Positions 37,160 through 46,540 of a stretch of 64,000 nt of DNA are shown in pieces. A program made the position numbers and the translations under genes. The DNA comes from Candidatus Peregrinibacteria bacterium UBA1369. Its GTDB lineage: Bacteria > Patescibacteriota > Gracilibacteria > UBA1369. The notes beneath the pieces are model-generated. The model saw only the letters and a program-made list of their open reading frames with translations. It was not told where the DNA came from and did not search any database. How positions within the stretch are numbered: position 1 is the first letter of the stretch; every line of letters starts with the position of its first letter. Where the stretch lies: assembly GCA_002305925.1 (NCBI GenBank), contig DBRL01000013.1, positions 54,540-118,539 of the forward strand, in the 5' to 3' direction.

Positions 37160-38971
37160 ATGTCGCACAACTTTTTCAGAAAGTTCGTCCAGATATTTAT
37201 TTTCTGTGCCCTGCCCGGAATAGTTCTGGCTCAGAGCTCTGCCGCCGACGTGGACTTCAGTGCCTATAATCTGCACAACTGGGGCATTCGCGATTTCCAT
37301 GCCGATATTCAAATCAATCAGGACAGTTCCATCGATGTAACTGAGCGCATAGTTGCCGACTTTACCGCTGCCAGCGACCGCCGCGGCATTATCCGCCACA
37401 TTCCGATCAAATATCAGGACCGTTACAAACAAAACCTTGATCTGCGCTTCAATTTGATCAGCGTCACCGATGAAAATGGGCAGCCACACGAAACCTCCAC
37501 CAGTTGGACCGGAGACAGCGTCAGTCTGCGCATTGGTTCACCGGAAATCTACGTCGACGGTCAGGTAAAAACCTATATTATCAAATACCAGTTGGCCCGG
37601 GGTTTAAACCGCTTCGAAGACCATGATGAACTCTACTGGAACGTCACCGGCAACGGCTGGGACACGGCCATAGCCGGCAGCAGCGCCACGGTCCGCCTAC
37701 CACGGGCTAGCAATACGACCGATTTGAAAGCCATCTGCTACACCGGAGCCGGATACAGCACGGAACAGGACTGTCAGGCCGACGTCGCCGACGGTCAAAC
37801 CTACCGCTTCACCAGCAACCACCTTCTGCCACCTTACTCCGGTTTGACCATTGCCGTCTCCTTCCCCAAGGATCTCGTGGAGTTTCCCGGTTTGACCACC
37901 TATCTGCAGTGGTTTTTGACCGACAACTGGGGCTATTTCATTCCCCTGCTGGTTTTCCTATACCTCTATTATCATTGGCACAAGCATGGCCGGGATCCGG
38001 CGGCTAGCCGATCGACCATCGTCCCCCTCTACGAGGCGCCCGACAACCTGCGTCCCGCTGAAATCGGCACGCTGATCGACGACAAAGTGGACATGCCGGA
38101 CATCACCAGCACCATTATTGACCTGGCCACCAGAGGCTACCTGAAAATCATCGAAAAAAAGGAAAAAGGCATGCTCTGGGGAGAAAACGTTTCCTACACC
38201 TTGGAAAAAACCACTCCCGCCCAAAAACAGTCCAGTCATGCCAACACCGACCAGCCGCTGCAGGATTTCGAGACCAAAATCTACCAGGCCGTCTTTGGCA
38301 GCGACAACTCCGTCAGCCTCGATTCGCTTAAATACAAATTTTACAAGGATATCCCTGGCATCAAAACCTCCATCTACGAAACCCTGGTCAAGAAAAAATA
38401 TTATGTTTCCAATCCGGACAAAGCGCGCGAAACATATATGGGGTGCGGCGGAGCATTGAGTTTTGTTACCCTCTTCTTCCTTGGTTTTCTGATTGAATAC
38501 AGCCTTTCCATTTTCCTCGGCCTGATCATCTCCGGCATCCTGATTTTTGTATTTGGTTTCTTCATGCCCAAAAAAACCCAGCTCGGAGCCGACACGCGCA
38601 TCCAGGTACTCGGGCTGGAAGAGTTCCTCCGTACTGCCGAAAAAGACCGCATGAAATTTTACGAAGACCAGAATATTTTCGAAAAAATGCTCCCCTATGC
38701 CATCGCACTGGGTCTGGCTGACAAATGGGCCAGGGCCTGCGAAGGCCTGGCCAAAGAGCAACCAGACTGGTACCAGTCAGGCGACAAGGGGCTACGCACC
38801 TCCTTCAACTCTCTTTATTTCCTCAACGCGCTGAACAGCTTCAACAGCACCATCTCCAGCAATATGACCGCCGCCCCCCGCAGTTCCGCTTCCGGCGGCA
38901 GCAGCGGTTTCAGCAGTGGCGGTGGCTTCAGCGGCGGCGGCTTTGGCGGGGGCGGCGGCAGCAGTTGGTAA
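37160..38971 (+). CDS. DUF2207-like membrane protein (usual LemA partner)
   Basis: The internal ATG at 37160 gives the signal-like MSHNFFRKFVQIFIFCALPGIVLAQS. There is an extracytoplasmic domain, central TM helices and a Gly-rich tail (SGGSSGFSSGGGFSGGGFGGGGGSSW). The track start at 36944 overlaps lemA. Confidence 0.8.
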   Translation: MSHNFFRKFVQIFIFCALPGIVLAQSSAADVDFSAYNLHNWGIRDFHADIQINQDSSIDVTERIVADFTAASDRRGIIRHIPIKYQDRYKQNLDLRFNLISVTDENGQPHETSTSWTGDSVSLRIGSPEIYVDGQVKTYIIKYQLARGLNRFEDHDELYWNVTGNGWDTAIAGSSATVRLPRASNTTDLKAICYTGAGYSTEQDCQADVADGQTYRFTSNHLLPPYSGLTIAVSFPKDLVEFPGLTTYLQWFLTDNWGYFIPLLVFLYLYYHWHKHGRDPAASRSTIVPLYEAPDNLRPAEIGTLIDDKVDMPDITSTIIDLATRGYLKIIEKKEKGMLWGENVSYTLEKTTPAQKQSSHANTDQPLQDFETKIYQAVFGSDNSVSLDSLKYKFYKDIPGIKTSIYETLVKKKYYVSNPDKARETYMGCGGALSFVTLFFLGFLIEYSLSIFLGLIISGILIFVFGFFMPKKTQLGADTRIQVLGLEEFLRTAEKDRMKFYEDQNIFEKMLPYAIALGLADKWARACEGLAKEQPDWYQSGDKGLRTSFNSLYFLNALNSFNSTISSNMTAAPRSSASGGSSGFSSGGGFSGGGFGGGGGSSW

Positions 38972-39017
38972 ATAGCACGACAGGATCTGGTCAGCGGTCG
39001 CCGACTTCAAATACTGT

Positions 39018-40265
39018 CTATTTAATCAGCCGCAATGCGCTACGACGGGATTGCTCACGCTGGCTTTCGATTTGCCGCTCCATCCGTTTCCATTGGTTAA
39101 AATATTCTTCCTGCCGACCATGAGCCTGAACTTCAATCTGATTTGCCGCTAGAATACGCGTACGCAAAAGCAGCTCACTCTCTTCAACCAAACTGCTTTC
39201 CAGAGCCGACCTGGCCAGCGAAAGCAGCCTCTCCGGGAAAAACTCATCCAGTTGATTTTGTTGATAGGTAATGGACAAACCGTCGGGACCGGGAATTTCA
39301 GTGCTACCCGGATCGTTCCGCCCGCCTTCGCGCAAAAAATTTGGCACAAACACAGCTTCACTGCAAGCCCTGTAAAGATAGTTTTTTTTCATGGCCTGAA
39401 AATTTGGCAATTGATCAAAATCATCCGTCTGGCCATTTCGGTTGCCCAAAAGCCGTACGGCCCTGCGCACGGATTCCGCCAAGAGAAGATGATAGGGCGG
39501 ATAAATATAATTGCGATCAAGCAGTTTTTCCAAACGTCCCCTCTCCCATAGAGCTTTGCCATTGGAGCCAAACTCCTTTTTCAACTGGGCCAGTGAATTG
39601 AGAACGTTTCCCAGGGACAAGGTCAAATTTGTAACCATGCGCTGATTCACCTGAACCGGTGAACCAATCATTTCCAGAGAAAAGGAGAGATCAGCAAGCA
39701 TCGCCTCGAGATTGCCATGCAGCTGTCTCAACAAAAGACACAGATTGATCAGCAGCCCCCAATACAAAGAGCATTGTTCCGCCAGGAAAGTTCCCATCAA
39801 TTGATCATCGTGATACAGGTCCGGAACACTTTGCTCCCAGGACTGCAAATCGGCGCGCATCCTGGCAACAATTTGCATGGCGGCACCACGCATGGCCGCA
39901 AGATTATTACCGTGCAAATCGACACCATACTTTTCGTCCAGTCTGCGAACGGTCTGCATTTGTTTCCTGACCGATACACCGGACTGATCTACGCTCTCGC
40001 GAAAAAGACTTGCGCCCGCTTCCCCCAAACCAGCCTGCTCAATTTCCTTGATCCGCCAGAGCAAAGTCACTGCATCGGCCAGTGGCGCCCTGACCAAATC
40101 CCTATAGTTCTCACAAAGCGGATGACGCAGCATCCTGCCAATTTGCAAAAACAGTTTGGCGGCCAGATCAAATGGTATTTCATCACGTCCATCCAGGACT
40201 TTCTGAAAATCCTGCCTGGCCTCCAGCTGTCCACCGACAATGGTTTGCGTTCTAATCCTTTCCAT
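39018..40265 (-). CDS. Hypothetical protein, helical, no recognised domain
   Basis: A 415-aa ORF 45 nt downstream of uvrB on the same strand. Its composition is protein-like, whereas the opposing 191-aa ORF looks like an antisense artefact. Confidence 0.6.
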   Translation of the reverse strand: MERIRTQTIVGGQLEARQDFQKVLDGRDEIPFDLAAKLFLQIGRMLRHPLCENYRDLVRAPLADAVTLLWRIKEIEQAGLGEAGASLFRESVDQSGVSVRKQMQTVRRLDEKYGVDLHGNNLAAMRGAAMQIVARMRADLQSWEQSVPDLYHDDQLMGTFLAEQCSLYWGLLINLCLLLRQLHGNLEAMLADLSFSLEMIGSPVQVNQRMVTNLTLSLGNVLNSLAQLKKEFGSNGKALWERGRLEKLLDRNYIYPPYHLLLAESVRRAVRLLGNRNGQTDDFDQLPNFQAMKKNYLYRACSEAVFVPNFLREGGRNDPGSTEIPGPDGLSITYQQNQLDEFFPERLLSLARSALESSLVEESELLLRTRILAANQIEVQAHGRQEEYFNQWKRMERQIESQREQSRRSALRLIK

Positions 40266-40310
40266 GATTTGAGTAATCAGGACGGTTATTAAAACACAAA
40301 TTAACGGCGA

Positions 40311-42305
40311 TTACAAGTAACGCTCTTTAAGCTCGTCAATTTCATCGCGTAATTCGGCGGCTTTTTCAAATTCCAGATTCATCGAAGCCAGCTCCATCTG
40401 CTCCTCCAGTTCTCGAATGAAACGAGCCATTTCTTCGCGCGGGATTTTCTTCGCATCGATTTTCCTCTCGGGCTTCTGAACCTTTTTGCCGCTACCCATG
40501 GCAATATCCTTGACCGCCCGAATAATCGTCTCAGGAGTGATTCCGTGTTTTTTATTATAAGCCTGCTGAATGGAGCGACGCCGCTCGGTCTCCTCTATGG
40601 CCCCTCGCATGGAATCGGTCGTTACATCTGCGTACATGATCACCGTTCCGTTGACATTGCGGGCGCAACGTCCAATGGTCTGAATCAGAGCGCTCTTCGA
40701 ACGCAGAAACCCCTCCTTGTCGGCGTCCAATATCCCGATAAAGGACACCTCCGGTAAATCCAGCCCCTCCCGCAGCAGATTGATCCCCACCAGCACGTCA
40801 AACTTTCCCAGCCGCAAATCGCGCAGTATCTCGATGCGCTCAATGGTCTGGATATCCGAATGCAGATACTTTACCCTCACGCCCGCATCGGTAAGAAAAT
40901 CGGTCAAATCCTCGGCGGAACGCTTGGTCAAAGTGGTAATCAACACGCGCTCTTTGGCCCCCACACGCAGATGGATCTGCTCCAATAAATCATCGATCTG
41001 TCCCTTGCGCGGGCGCACCTCCACCGCCGGATCGATCAGACCGGTGGGACGAATGATCTGCTCAATCACCTGCCCGGCGCTTTTCTCGATTTCATATTTG
41101 GCGGGCGTTGCCGAAACATAAACCGCCTGGTTGATGGAGGACTCAAACTCATCAAATTTCAGCGGTCTATTGTCATGCGCGGAAGGGAGACGAAAGCCGT
41201 AATTAACCAGTGTTTCCTTGCGCGAATAGTTGCCGTTGTGCATACCCCCAATCTGCGGCACGGTGATATGGGATTCGTCGACAATCAGCAGGAAGTCTTC
41301 CGGAAAGTAGTCCAGCAGAGTCGCCGGGGGTTCACCGGGCTCACGCAGATTGAGATAGCGCGTATAGTTTTCAATCCCCTGGCAATAGCCCGTTTCCTTG
41401 AGTATTTCCATATCATACTCGGTACGGGTCTTGATCCGTTCGGCCTCCAGGAGACGCCCTTCTTTGAGGAATTGCTCACGGCGCTGCTGCATCTCCTCCA
41501 GAATTTTTTCCGCCGCCCGGTCAATCTTGTCCTTTGAGGTAATGTCATGTTTGGCCGGAAATATTTTGACGCTGTCCAATTCACGATATTCTTCCCCGGT
41601 AAAAGAATCCGCCTCGCTGATGCGTTCGATTTCATCACCAAAAAACTCAATCCGATAGATTGTGTCGCGGTCGGGCGGGAAAATCTCCAGGGTGTCGCCC
41701 AGCACGTGAAACATGCCCTGTTTGAATTCCATCTGTGAACGATTGTACTGAATGTCGGTCAGGTGACGCAACAACTTGTCCCGTTTGCGCTCCTCTCCCT
41801 TTTTCAGTTCAATGGCAAAGGCCATGTAGTCCTCCACCGAACCCAAACCATAAATACAGCTCACCGAGGCCACGATCAGCACGTCGCGCCGGGTCAGCAG
41901 ATTGGTGGTGGCGGCATGGCGGAATTTGGAAATTTCCTGGTTGATCGAGGCGTCCTTTTCTATGTAGGTGTCGGTACTGGCGATATATGCTTCCGGCTGA
42001 TAATAATCATAATAGGAGACAAAATAACTGACGGCATTTTCCGGAAAAAACTCCTGGAACTCGTTGCATAGCTGGGCGGCCAGAGTTTTGTTGTGGGCCA
42101 TCACCAAAGTCGGCCTCTGCAGATTTTGAATCACATTGGCCATGGTAAAAGTTTTGCCGGTACCGGTGGCGCCAAGCAAGGTCTGATGCCTTACCCCCTT
42201 ATGGAGATTTTGGCTGATTTTTTCGATCGCCTCAGGCTGATCGCCCTTGGGCTGATAGGGAAATTGAAGCTTGAACCCTGCCGGGCCCCCTGCTGCCAGA
42301 GACAT
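40311..42305 (-). CDS. uvrB: Excinuclease ABC subunit B
   Basis: 664 aa with [21 protein letters not shown], helicase C motifs, and the C-terminal UVR domain [16 protein letters not shown]. Confidence 0.97.
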   Translation of the reverse strand: MSLAAGGPAGFKLQFPYQPKGDQPEAIEKISQNLHKGVRHQTLLGATGTGKTFTMANVIQNLQRPTLVMAHNKTLAAQLCNEFQEFFPENAVSYFVSYYDYYQPEAYIASTDTYIEKDASINQEISKFRHAATTNLLTRRDVLIVASVSCIYGLGSVEDYMAFAIELKKGEERKRDKLLRHLTDIQYNRSQMEFKQGMFHVLGDTLEIFPPDRDTIYRIEFFGDEIERISEADSFTGEEYRELDSVKIFPAKHDITSKDKIDRAAEKILEEMQQRREQFLKEGRLLEAERIKTRTEYDMEILKETGYCQGIENYTRYLNLREPGEPPATLLDYFPEDFLLIVDESHITVPQIGGMHNGNYSRKETLVNYGFRLPSAHDNRPLKFDEFESSINQAVYVSATPAKYEIEKSAGQVIEQIIRPTGLIDPAVEVRPRKGQIDDLLEQIHLRVGAKERVLITTLTKRSAEDLTDFLTDAGVRVKYLHSDIQTIERIEILRDLRLGKFDVLVGINLLREGLDLPEVSFIGILDADKEGFLRSKSALIQTIGRCARNVNGTVIMYADVTTDSMRGAIEETERRRSIQQAYNKKHGITPETIIRAVKDIAMGSGKKVQKPERKIDAKKIPREEMARFIRELEEQMELASMNLEFEKAAELRDEIDELKERYL

Positions 42306-42722
42306 ATTTGAATTGCTACGGGATTATAAGATTTATAGACCATTTTGACCGCTCATCCAAGGGCATTTGGGCAGTCCGACGGCCTGGAACGTTGACAACG
42401 CAAAAATACATTGGAAAACCCTATTTAGACTTTACTAATTCAAGAAATAGTGTATAACTATGCCGGATTCCTCCCCCAACGGGGACAATGTGATCGTTGA
42501 CAATTGAGAAAAACACGCCGGTTTGACCAAGACCGGCACTAACAACCAAGATTACAGGCAAGGAGGTGATGCCCGATGCTAAACCAGTGGTGGAGCCTCC
42601 TGGGCGTCACCACAACCAGGGATTTCGTGCGGCGGGCCGGCAACGGCAACCCCGCACCACAACGTCCGCGCTGGCCATCCACGGCGGCGCGCAACCAGGA
42701 ACGGAGAGGAGAGAGATAGATC

Positions 42723-45700
42723 ATGGGAAAGCAACAGCGCAACTGGATGGCGGCGCACCTGATTACGGTGCTTGTCGCCATCATCGCAGTCGTGGGTGCT
42801 TCGGCACTGCTCGGCTGCGATTCGAACCCACCGGGGTCTGCCTGTCTCGACGAAGGCAACCCCTTCTGCTCGAACTACGTCCCTCCGGGGAGCGGTGGTT
42901 CGGGCAACAACACGAACACCGGCGGCACGGGCAACAGCGGAACCGGCGGCAACACCACGCCGCCCGTCAACTGCGGCGCCCTGCCGAACTTCAACTGCTT
43001 CGGCGAGTGCGTCGTCCTGACCACCGACGAAGCAAACTGCGGCTCCTGCGGCCGCGAATGTGGCAGCGGCCAGTCCTGCGTGGACGGCTACTGCACCTGG
43101 AACACGCCGCCAGACCAGTGCGTCCAGTCAAGCGAAGCCTGCGACGGCATCGACAACGACTGTGACTTGGCCATCGATGAGGAGTTCAATCTCTTCACCG
43201 ACGAAGCGAACTGCGGCACCTGCGGACGAGCCTGCGGCAGCGGCCAGTCCTGCGTCAATGGTCACTGCACCTGGGACGAGCCTCAAAACGGCTGCGTCTC
43301 ATCGACAGAGACCTGCAACGGCGTGGACGATGACTGCGACACCGCCATCGACGAGCCGTTCAATCTGCTGGCAGACACTGCAAACTGCGGTGTCTGCGGC
43401 AACGTCTGCGGGACGGGACAGCACTGCTCCAACGGGCACTGCGCGCTGGACGTCCCCGACGACCAGTGCGTTCCGAGCGCCGAGGTGTGCGACAGCGTCG
43501 ACAACGACTGCGACGGTACCATCGATGACGGGTTCAACCTGCTCACCGACGCACAGAACTGCGGCATGTGCGGCCACGCCTGCGACAGCCTGCAGTCCTG
43601 CGTCAGCGGTCACTGTGCCTGGGACACCCCGATCGACGAATGCGTACAGGCGGCCGAGGTCTGCGACAACGCGGACAACGACTGCGACGGCGCCATCGAC
43701 GAGACCACCAACCTGCTCTCAGACCCGCAGAACTGCGGCATGTGCGGGCGGGCCTGTGACACCGGAGCTCTCTGCCTCAACGCGATCTGCTACTTCTCCA
43801 CTCCGGTGGACGAGTGCGTGCAGCAACCGACAGAGCTCTGCAACAGCCGCGACGACAACTGCAACGGCTGGGTGGACGAGGGCTTCAACCTCTTCACCGA
43901 CCCTGCCAACTGCGGCATGTGCGGCCGCGACTGTAGCGCAGGAGCTGTCTGTGACTCCGGTCACTGCCAGCTGATCACCCCGATTCTGAACTGCACGCCT
44001 GCCCCTGAGGTGTGCGACTACACCGACAACGACTGCGACGGCGTGGTGGACGAGCTCATCAATCTGCAGACGGACGAGGCCAACTGTGGCGTCTGCGGAC
44101 TGGCCTGCGCGGCTGAGCAGGTCTGTGACACTGGCCACTGCCAGTGGATCACTCCTCCCCTCAACTGCACTCCTGCCAATGAGGTGTGCAACGGTGTCGA
44201 CGACGACTGCGACGGGGTGATCGATGATGGCTACTCGCTGCTCAATGATCCCCTCAACTGCGGCGCCTGCGGCCGCGCCTGCGGTGCCAACCAGCACTGC
44301 GAGAACGGGGCCTGCGCGCTGGACGTCCCCGACGACCAGTGCGTTCCGAGCGCCGAGGTGTGCGACAGCGTCGACAACAACTGCAACCTGTCAATCGATG
44401 AAGGCATCAATCTCTCCACGGACAATGCCAACTGCGGCGTCTGCGGAAGGATCTGCCCGGCAGGCCAGGTCTGCCAGTCAGGTGCCTGCTCCTGGATCGT
44501 GCCGCCCTCGGGCTGCACGCCATCCAACGAGCTCTGCAACGGTGTCGACGACGACTGTGACGGCGCCATCGACGACGGCTTCGTGCTCACCAACGACGAA
44601 GCCAACTGTGGCGTCTGCGGCCACGCCTGCGGAGCCAACCAGGTCTGTGACAACGGTCACTGTGCCTGGATCACCCCACCCCCCGGCTGCGCGCCTGCCC
44701 CTGAGACGTGCAACGGCGTCGACGACGACTGCGATGGGATTCTGGACGACGGCTACAACCTGTCCAACGACCCGCTCAACTGCGGACTCTGCGGATTTGT
44801 CTGCGCCGCCGGACAATACTGCCTCAACGGCCACTGCGCCTGGGAGTCTCCCGTCAACGTCTGCATGCCTGCCAATGAGGTGTGCAACAACGTCGACGAC
44901 AACTGCAACGGCCTGATCGACGAGGGCATCAACCTCGCCACCGATCCGGCCAACTGCGGCGCCTGCGGCCGGGTTTGCGCGCCCGGTCAGTCCTGCCAGA
45001 CAGGCAAGTGCATCTGGAACGTACCCCAGAACGGCTGCGTAACAGTCGCGGAGATCTGCGACAACATCGACAACGACTGCGACCAGCTGATCGACGAGGG
45101 CTTTGACCTGCAGAACGACGCCCTCAATTGCGGCAAGTGCGGAAGGACCTGCGCGGCCAACCAGCACTGCCAGGACGGCACCTGCGCCTGGAACGTGCCA
45201 CAGGACGGGTGCGTACCGGCAGTCGAAATCTGCGACAACGCGGACAACGACTGTGATGGTCTGATCGACGAGGGAATCGCCTTGCTCTCCGATTCCCAGA
45301 ACTGCGGCACCTGCGGCCACGTCTGCGGAGCGGGACAAATCTGCCAGAACGGCTACTGCAGTTGGCTGATCCCCGTCTCCACCTGCGGACCGCCGTCGTC
45401 GGAGGTGTGCGACAACACCGACAACGACTGCGACGGCTTCATCGACGAGGGGTATGACCTGCTCCTCGACGAGATCAACTGCGGCCACTGCGGGAACGCC
45501 TGCGCGGCCGGGCAATACTGCTCCAACGGGGCATGCGCCTGGATCGTGCCGGTTTCCTCCTGCGTACCGGCCCCGGAGACCTGCGACAACACCGACAACG
45601 ATTGTAATCAGCTGATCGACAACGGCTTCAACCTGTCGATCGACGAGAGCAACTGCGGTCAGTGCGGTACGGCCTGCGGAGCCAACCAGAGCTGCTGGAA

Positions 45701-46244
45701 CGGACACTGCGCCTGGAACACCCCGGTGAACGGCTGCACACCGGTGGCAGAGCTGTGCAACAACATCGATGACGACTGCGACGGCGCCATCGATGAGAAC
45801 TTCAATCTGTCGTCCGACCAGCTCAACTGCGGCATCTGTGGCCGGGTCTGCGCGGCAGGACAGTTCTGCCACGGCGGCAAGTGCCAGTGGTCGACGCCGC
45901 CTGCGGGCTGCACTCCCGCTGCCGAGACCTGCAACTACTCGGACGACGACTGCGACGGGATCATCGACGACGGATTCAACCTGTTGTCGAACAACTCCCA
46001 TTGCGGAGCCTGCAACAAGGCCTGCGCCGCCGGGCAATTCTGCCAGAACGCGCACTGCACCTGGGTCATTCCGCAATCCAGCTGCGTGCCGGCAGCAGAG
46101 AGCTGCAACCAGATCGACGACGATTGCGACAGCGCCATCGACGAGAACTGGAACTTCATGTCTGACGACCTGCACTGCGGAAACTGTTGGACGGTCTGTC
46201 CTGGCACGCAATACTGCCAGAACGGACAATGCAGGCTTCCATGA
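42723..46244 (+). CDS. Cysteine-rich tandem-repeat lipoprotein (one half-module plus 18 full 58-aa modules), function unknown
   Basis: 1173 aa. A GGAGAGGAGAG purine-rich site lies upstream. The signal peptide plus lipobox is ...GASALLGC, with Cys32. A G/S/N/T linker follows, then regular C-x6-C-D-x2-DNDCDG-x-IDEG...NCG-x-CG-x2-C-x5-C-x4-C modules. Confidence 0.85.
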   Translation: MGKQQRNWMAAHLITVLVAIIAVVGASALLGCDSNPPGSACLDEGNPFCSNYVPPGSGGSGNNTNTGGTGNSGTGGNTTPPVNCGALPNFNCFGECVVLTTDEANCGSCGRECGSGQSCVDGYCTWNTPPDQCVQSSEACDGIDNDCDLAIDEEFNLFTDEANCGTCGRACGSGQSCVNGHCTWDEPQNGCVSSTETCNGVDDDCDTAIDEPFNLLADTANCGVCGNVCGTGQHCSNGHCALDVPDDQCVPSAEVCDSVDNDCDGTIDDGFNLLTDAQNCGMCGHACDSLQSCVSGHCAWDTPIDECVQAAEVCDNADNDCDGAIDETTNLLSDPQNCGMCGRACDTGALCLNAICYFSTPVDECVQQPTELCNSRDDNCNGWVDEGFNLFTDPANCGMCGRDCSAGAVCDSGHCQLITPILNCTPAPEVCDYTDNDCDGVVDELINLQTDEANCGVCGLACAAEQVCDTGHCQWITPPLNCTPANEVCNGVDDDCDGVIDDGYSLLNDPLNCGACGRACGANQHCENGACALDVPDDQCVPSAEVCDSVDNNCNLSIDEGINLSTDNANCGVCGRICPAGQVCQSGACSWIVPPSGCTPSNELCNGVDDDCDGAIDDGFVLTNDEANCGVCGHACGANQVCDNGHCAWITPPPGCAPAPETCNGVDDDCDGILDDGYNLSNDPLNCGLCGFVCAAGQYCLNGHCAWESPVNVCMPANEVCNNVDDNCNGLIDEGINLATDPANCGACGRVCAPGQSCQTGKCIWNVPQNGCVTVAEICDNIDNDCDQLIDEGFDLQNDALNCGKCGRTCAANQHCQDGTCAWNVPQDGCVPAVEICDNADNDCDGLIDEGIALLSDSQNCGTCGHVCGAGQICQNGYCSWLIPVSTCGPPSSEVCDNTDNDCDGFIDEGYDLLLDEINCGHCGNACAAGQYCSNGACAWIVPVSSCVPAPETCDNTDNDCNQLIDNGFNLSIDESNCGQCGTACGANQSCWNGHCAWNTPVNGCTPVAELCNNIDDDCDGAIDENFNLSSDQLNCGICGRVCAAGQFCHGGKCQWSTPPAGCTPAAETCNYSDDDCDGIIDDGFNLLSNNSHCGACNKACAAGQFCQNAHCTWVIPQSSCVPAAESCNQIDDDCDSAIDENWNFMSDDLHCGNCWTVCPGTQYCQNGQCRLP
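43119..46241 (+). repeat. In-frame tandem array of 18 modules with a 174-nt (twice 177-nt) period
   Basis: The NCGxCG codons recur at 43035, 43209, 43383, 43557, 43731, 43908, 44082, 44256, 44430, 44604, 44778, 44952, 45126, 45300, 45477, 45651, 45825, 45999 and 46173. Positions were counted by hand. Confidence 0.9.
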
Positions 46245-46438
46245 CGGTAGCCCCCCCAAGGTTGACGCAGCAACCAAGGGGACATCACCAGCCGACCAAC
46301 GCAGTGGTCAGCTGAACACGGACAGAGGTAAGAAGTCGCAGTTCTTCCTCCGTCCACCTCACCCCGAAACGTCCTTCCCTGCTTGACTACACATCAGCAA
46401 GGAAGGGCCTGACCGTCGATGACGGCTTGCCCGGAAAC

Positions 46439-46469
46439 GGGGAGGGCGGATGTGTAATCCGCCCTCCCC
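46439..46469. repeat. Perfect 13-bp inverted repeat (GGGGAGGGCGGAT-GTGTA-ATCCGCCCTCCCC)
   Basis: Read directly from the sequence. There is no U-tract, so the function is unknown. Confidence 0.5.
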
Positions 46470-46498
46470 GACCGGATCAGGCTGGCATCGCAAGAACC

Positions 46499-46540
46499 GA
46501 AAAAGGCCGCCCCAGTGCATCGTGCACAGGGCGGCCTTTT
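46499..46540. terminator. Probable bidirectional rho-independent terminator between convergent genes
   Basis: GAAAAAGGCCGCCC...GGGCGGCCTTTTC forms a 12-bp perfect stem. It is flanked by an A-run on one side and a T-run on the other, so it is usable on both strands. Confidence 0.6.

Noticed and set aside
39717-40292. A 191-aa plus-strand ORF opposite the 415-aa orphan downstream of uvrB.
   Set aside because: It is shorter, has a Q/P/H/I-rich antisense-like composition, and would run head-on into the uvrB 3' end.
42566-43165. A 199-aa ORF starting right after a consensus AAGGAGG, upstream of and overlapping the Cys-repeat gene.
   Set aside because: The SD-to-start spacing is essentially zero. 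The product is an Arg/Pro/Gly-rich low-complexity string. It runs out of frame through the signal peptide and first modules of the convincing 42723 ORF.
42391-46266. Possible direct repeats flanking the GC-rich island: GTTGAC at about 42393, 42496 and 46260, and CAACCAAG at 42543 and about 46271.
   Set aside because: These are only 6-8 nt, are not positioned symmetrically at the composition boundaries, and are expected by chance. They do not support an att-site or target-site duplication.
43060-46386. Many long ORFs in other frames and on the opposite strand of the Cys-repeat gene. Examples are 44478..46277 minus (599 aa), 43060..43974 plus (304 aa), 44224..44916 plus (230 aa), 43719..44297 minus and 45769..46386 plus.
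   Set aside because: Their translations are low-complexity A/V/G/R/T/P strings with no motifs. They occur only where GC is high, because stop codons are rare there. They overlap a frame with a strict 58-codon repeat, a signal peptide and a lipobox. They are high-GC artefacts.
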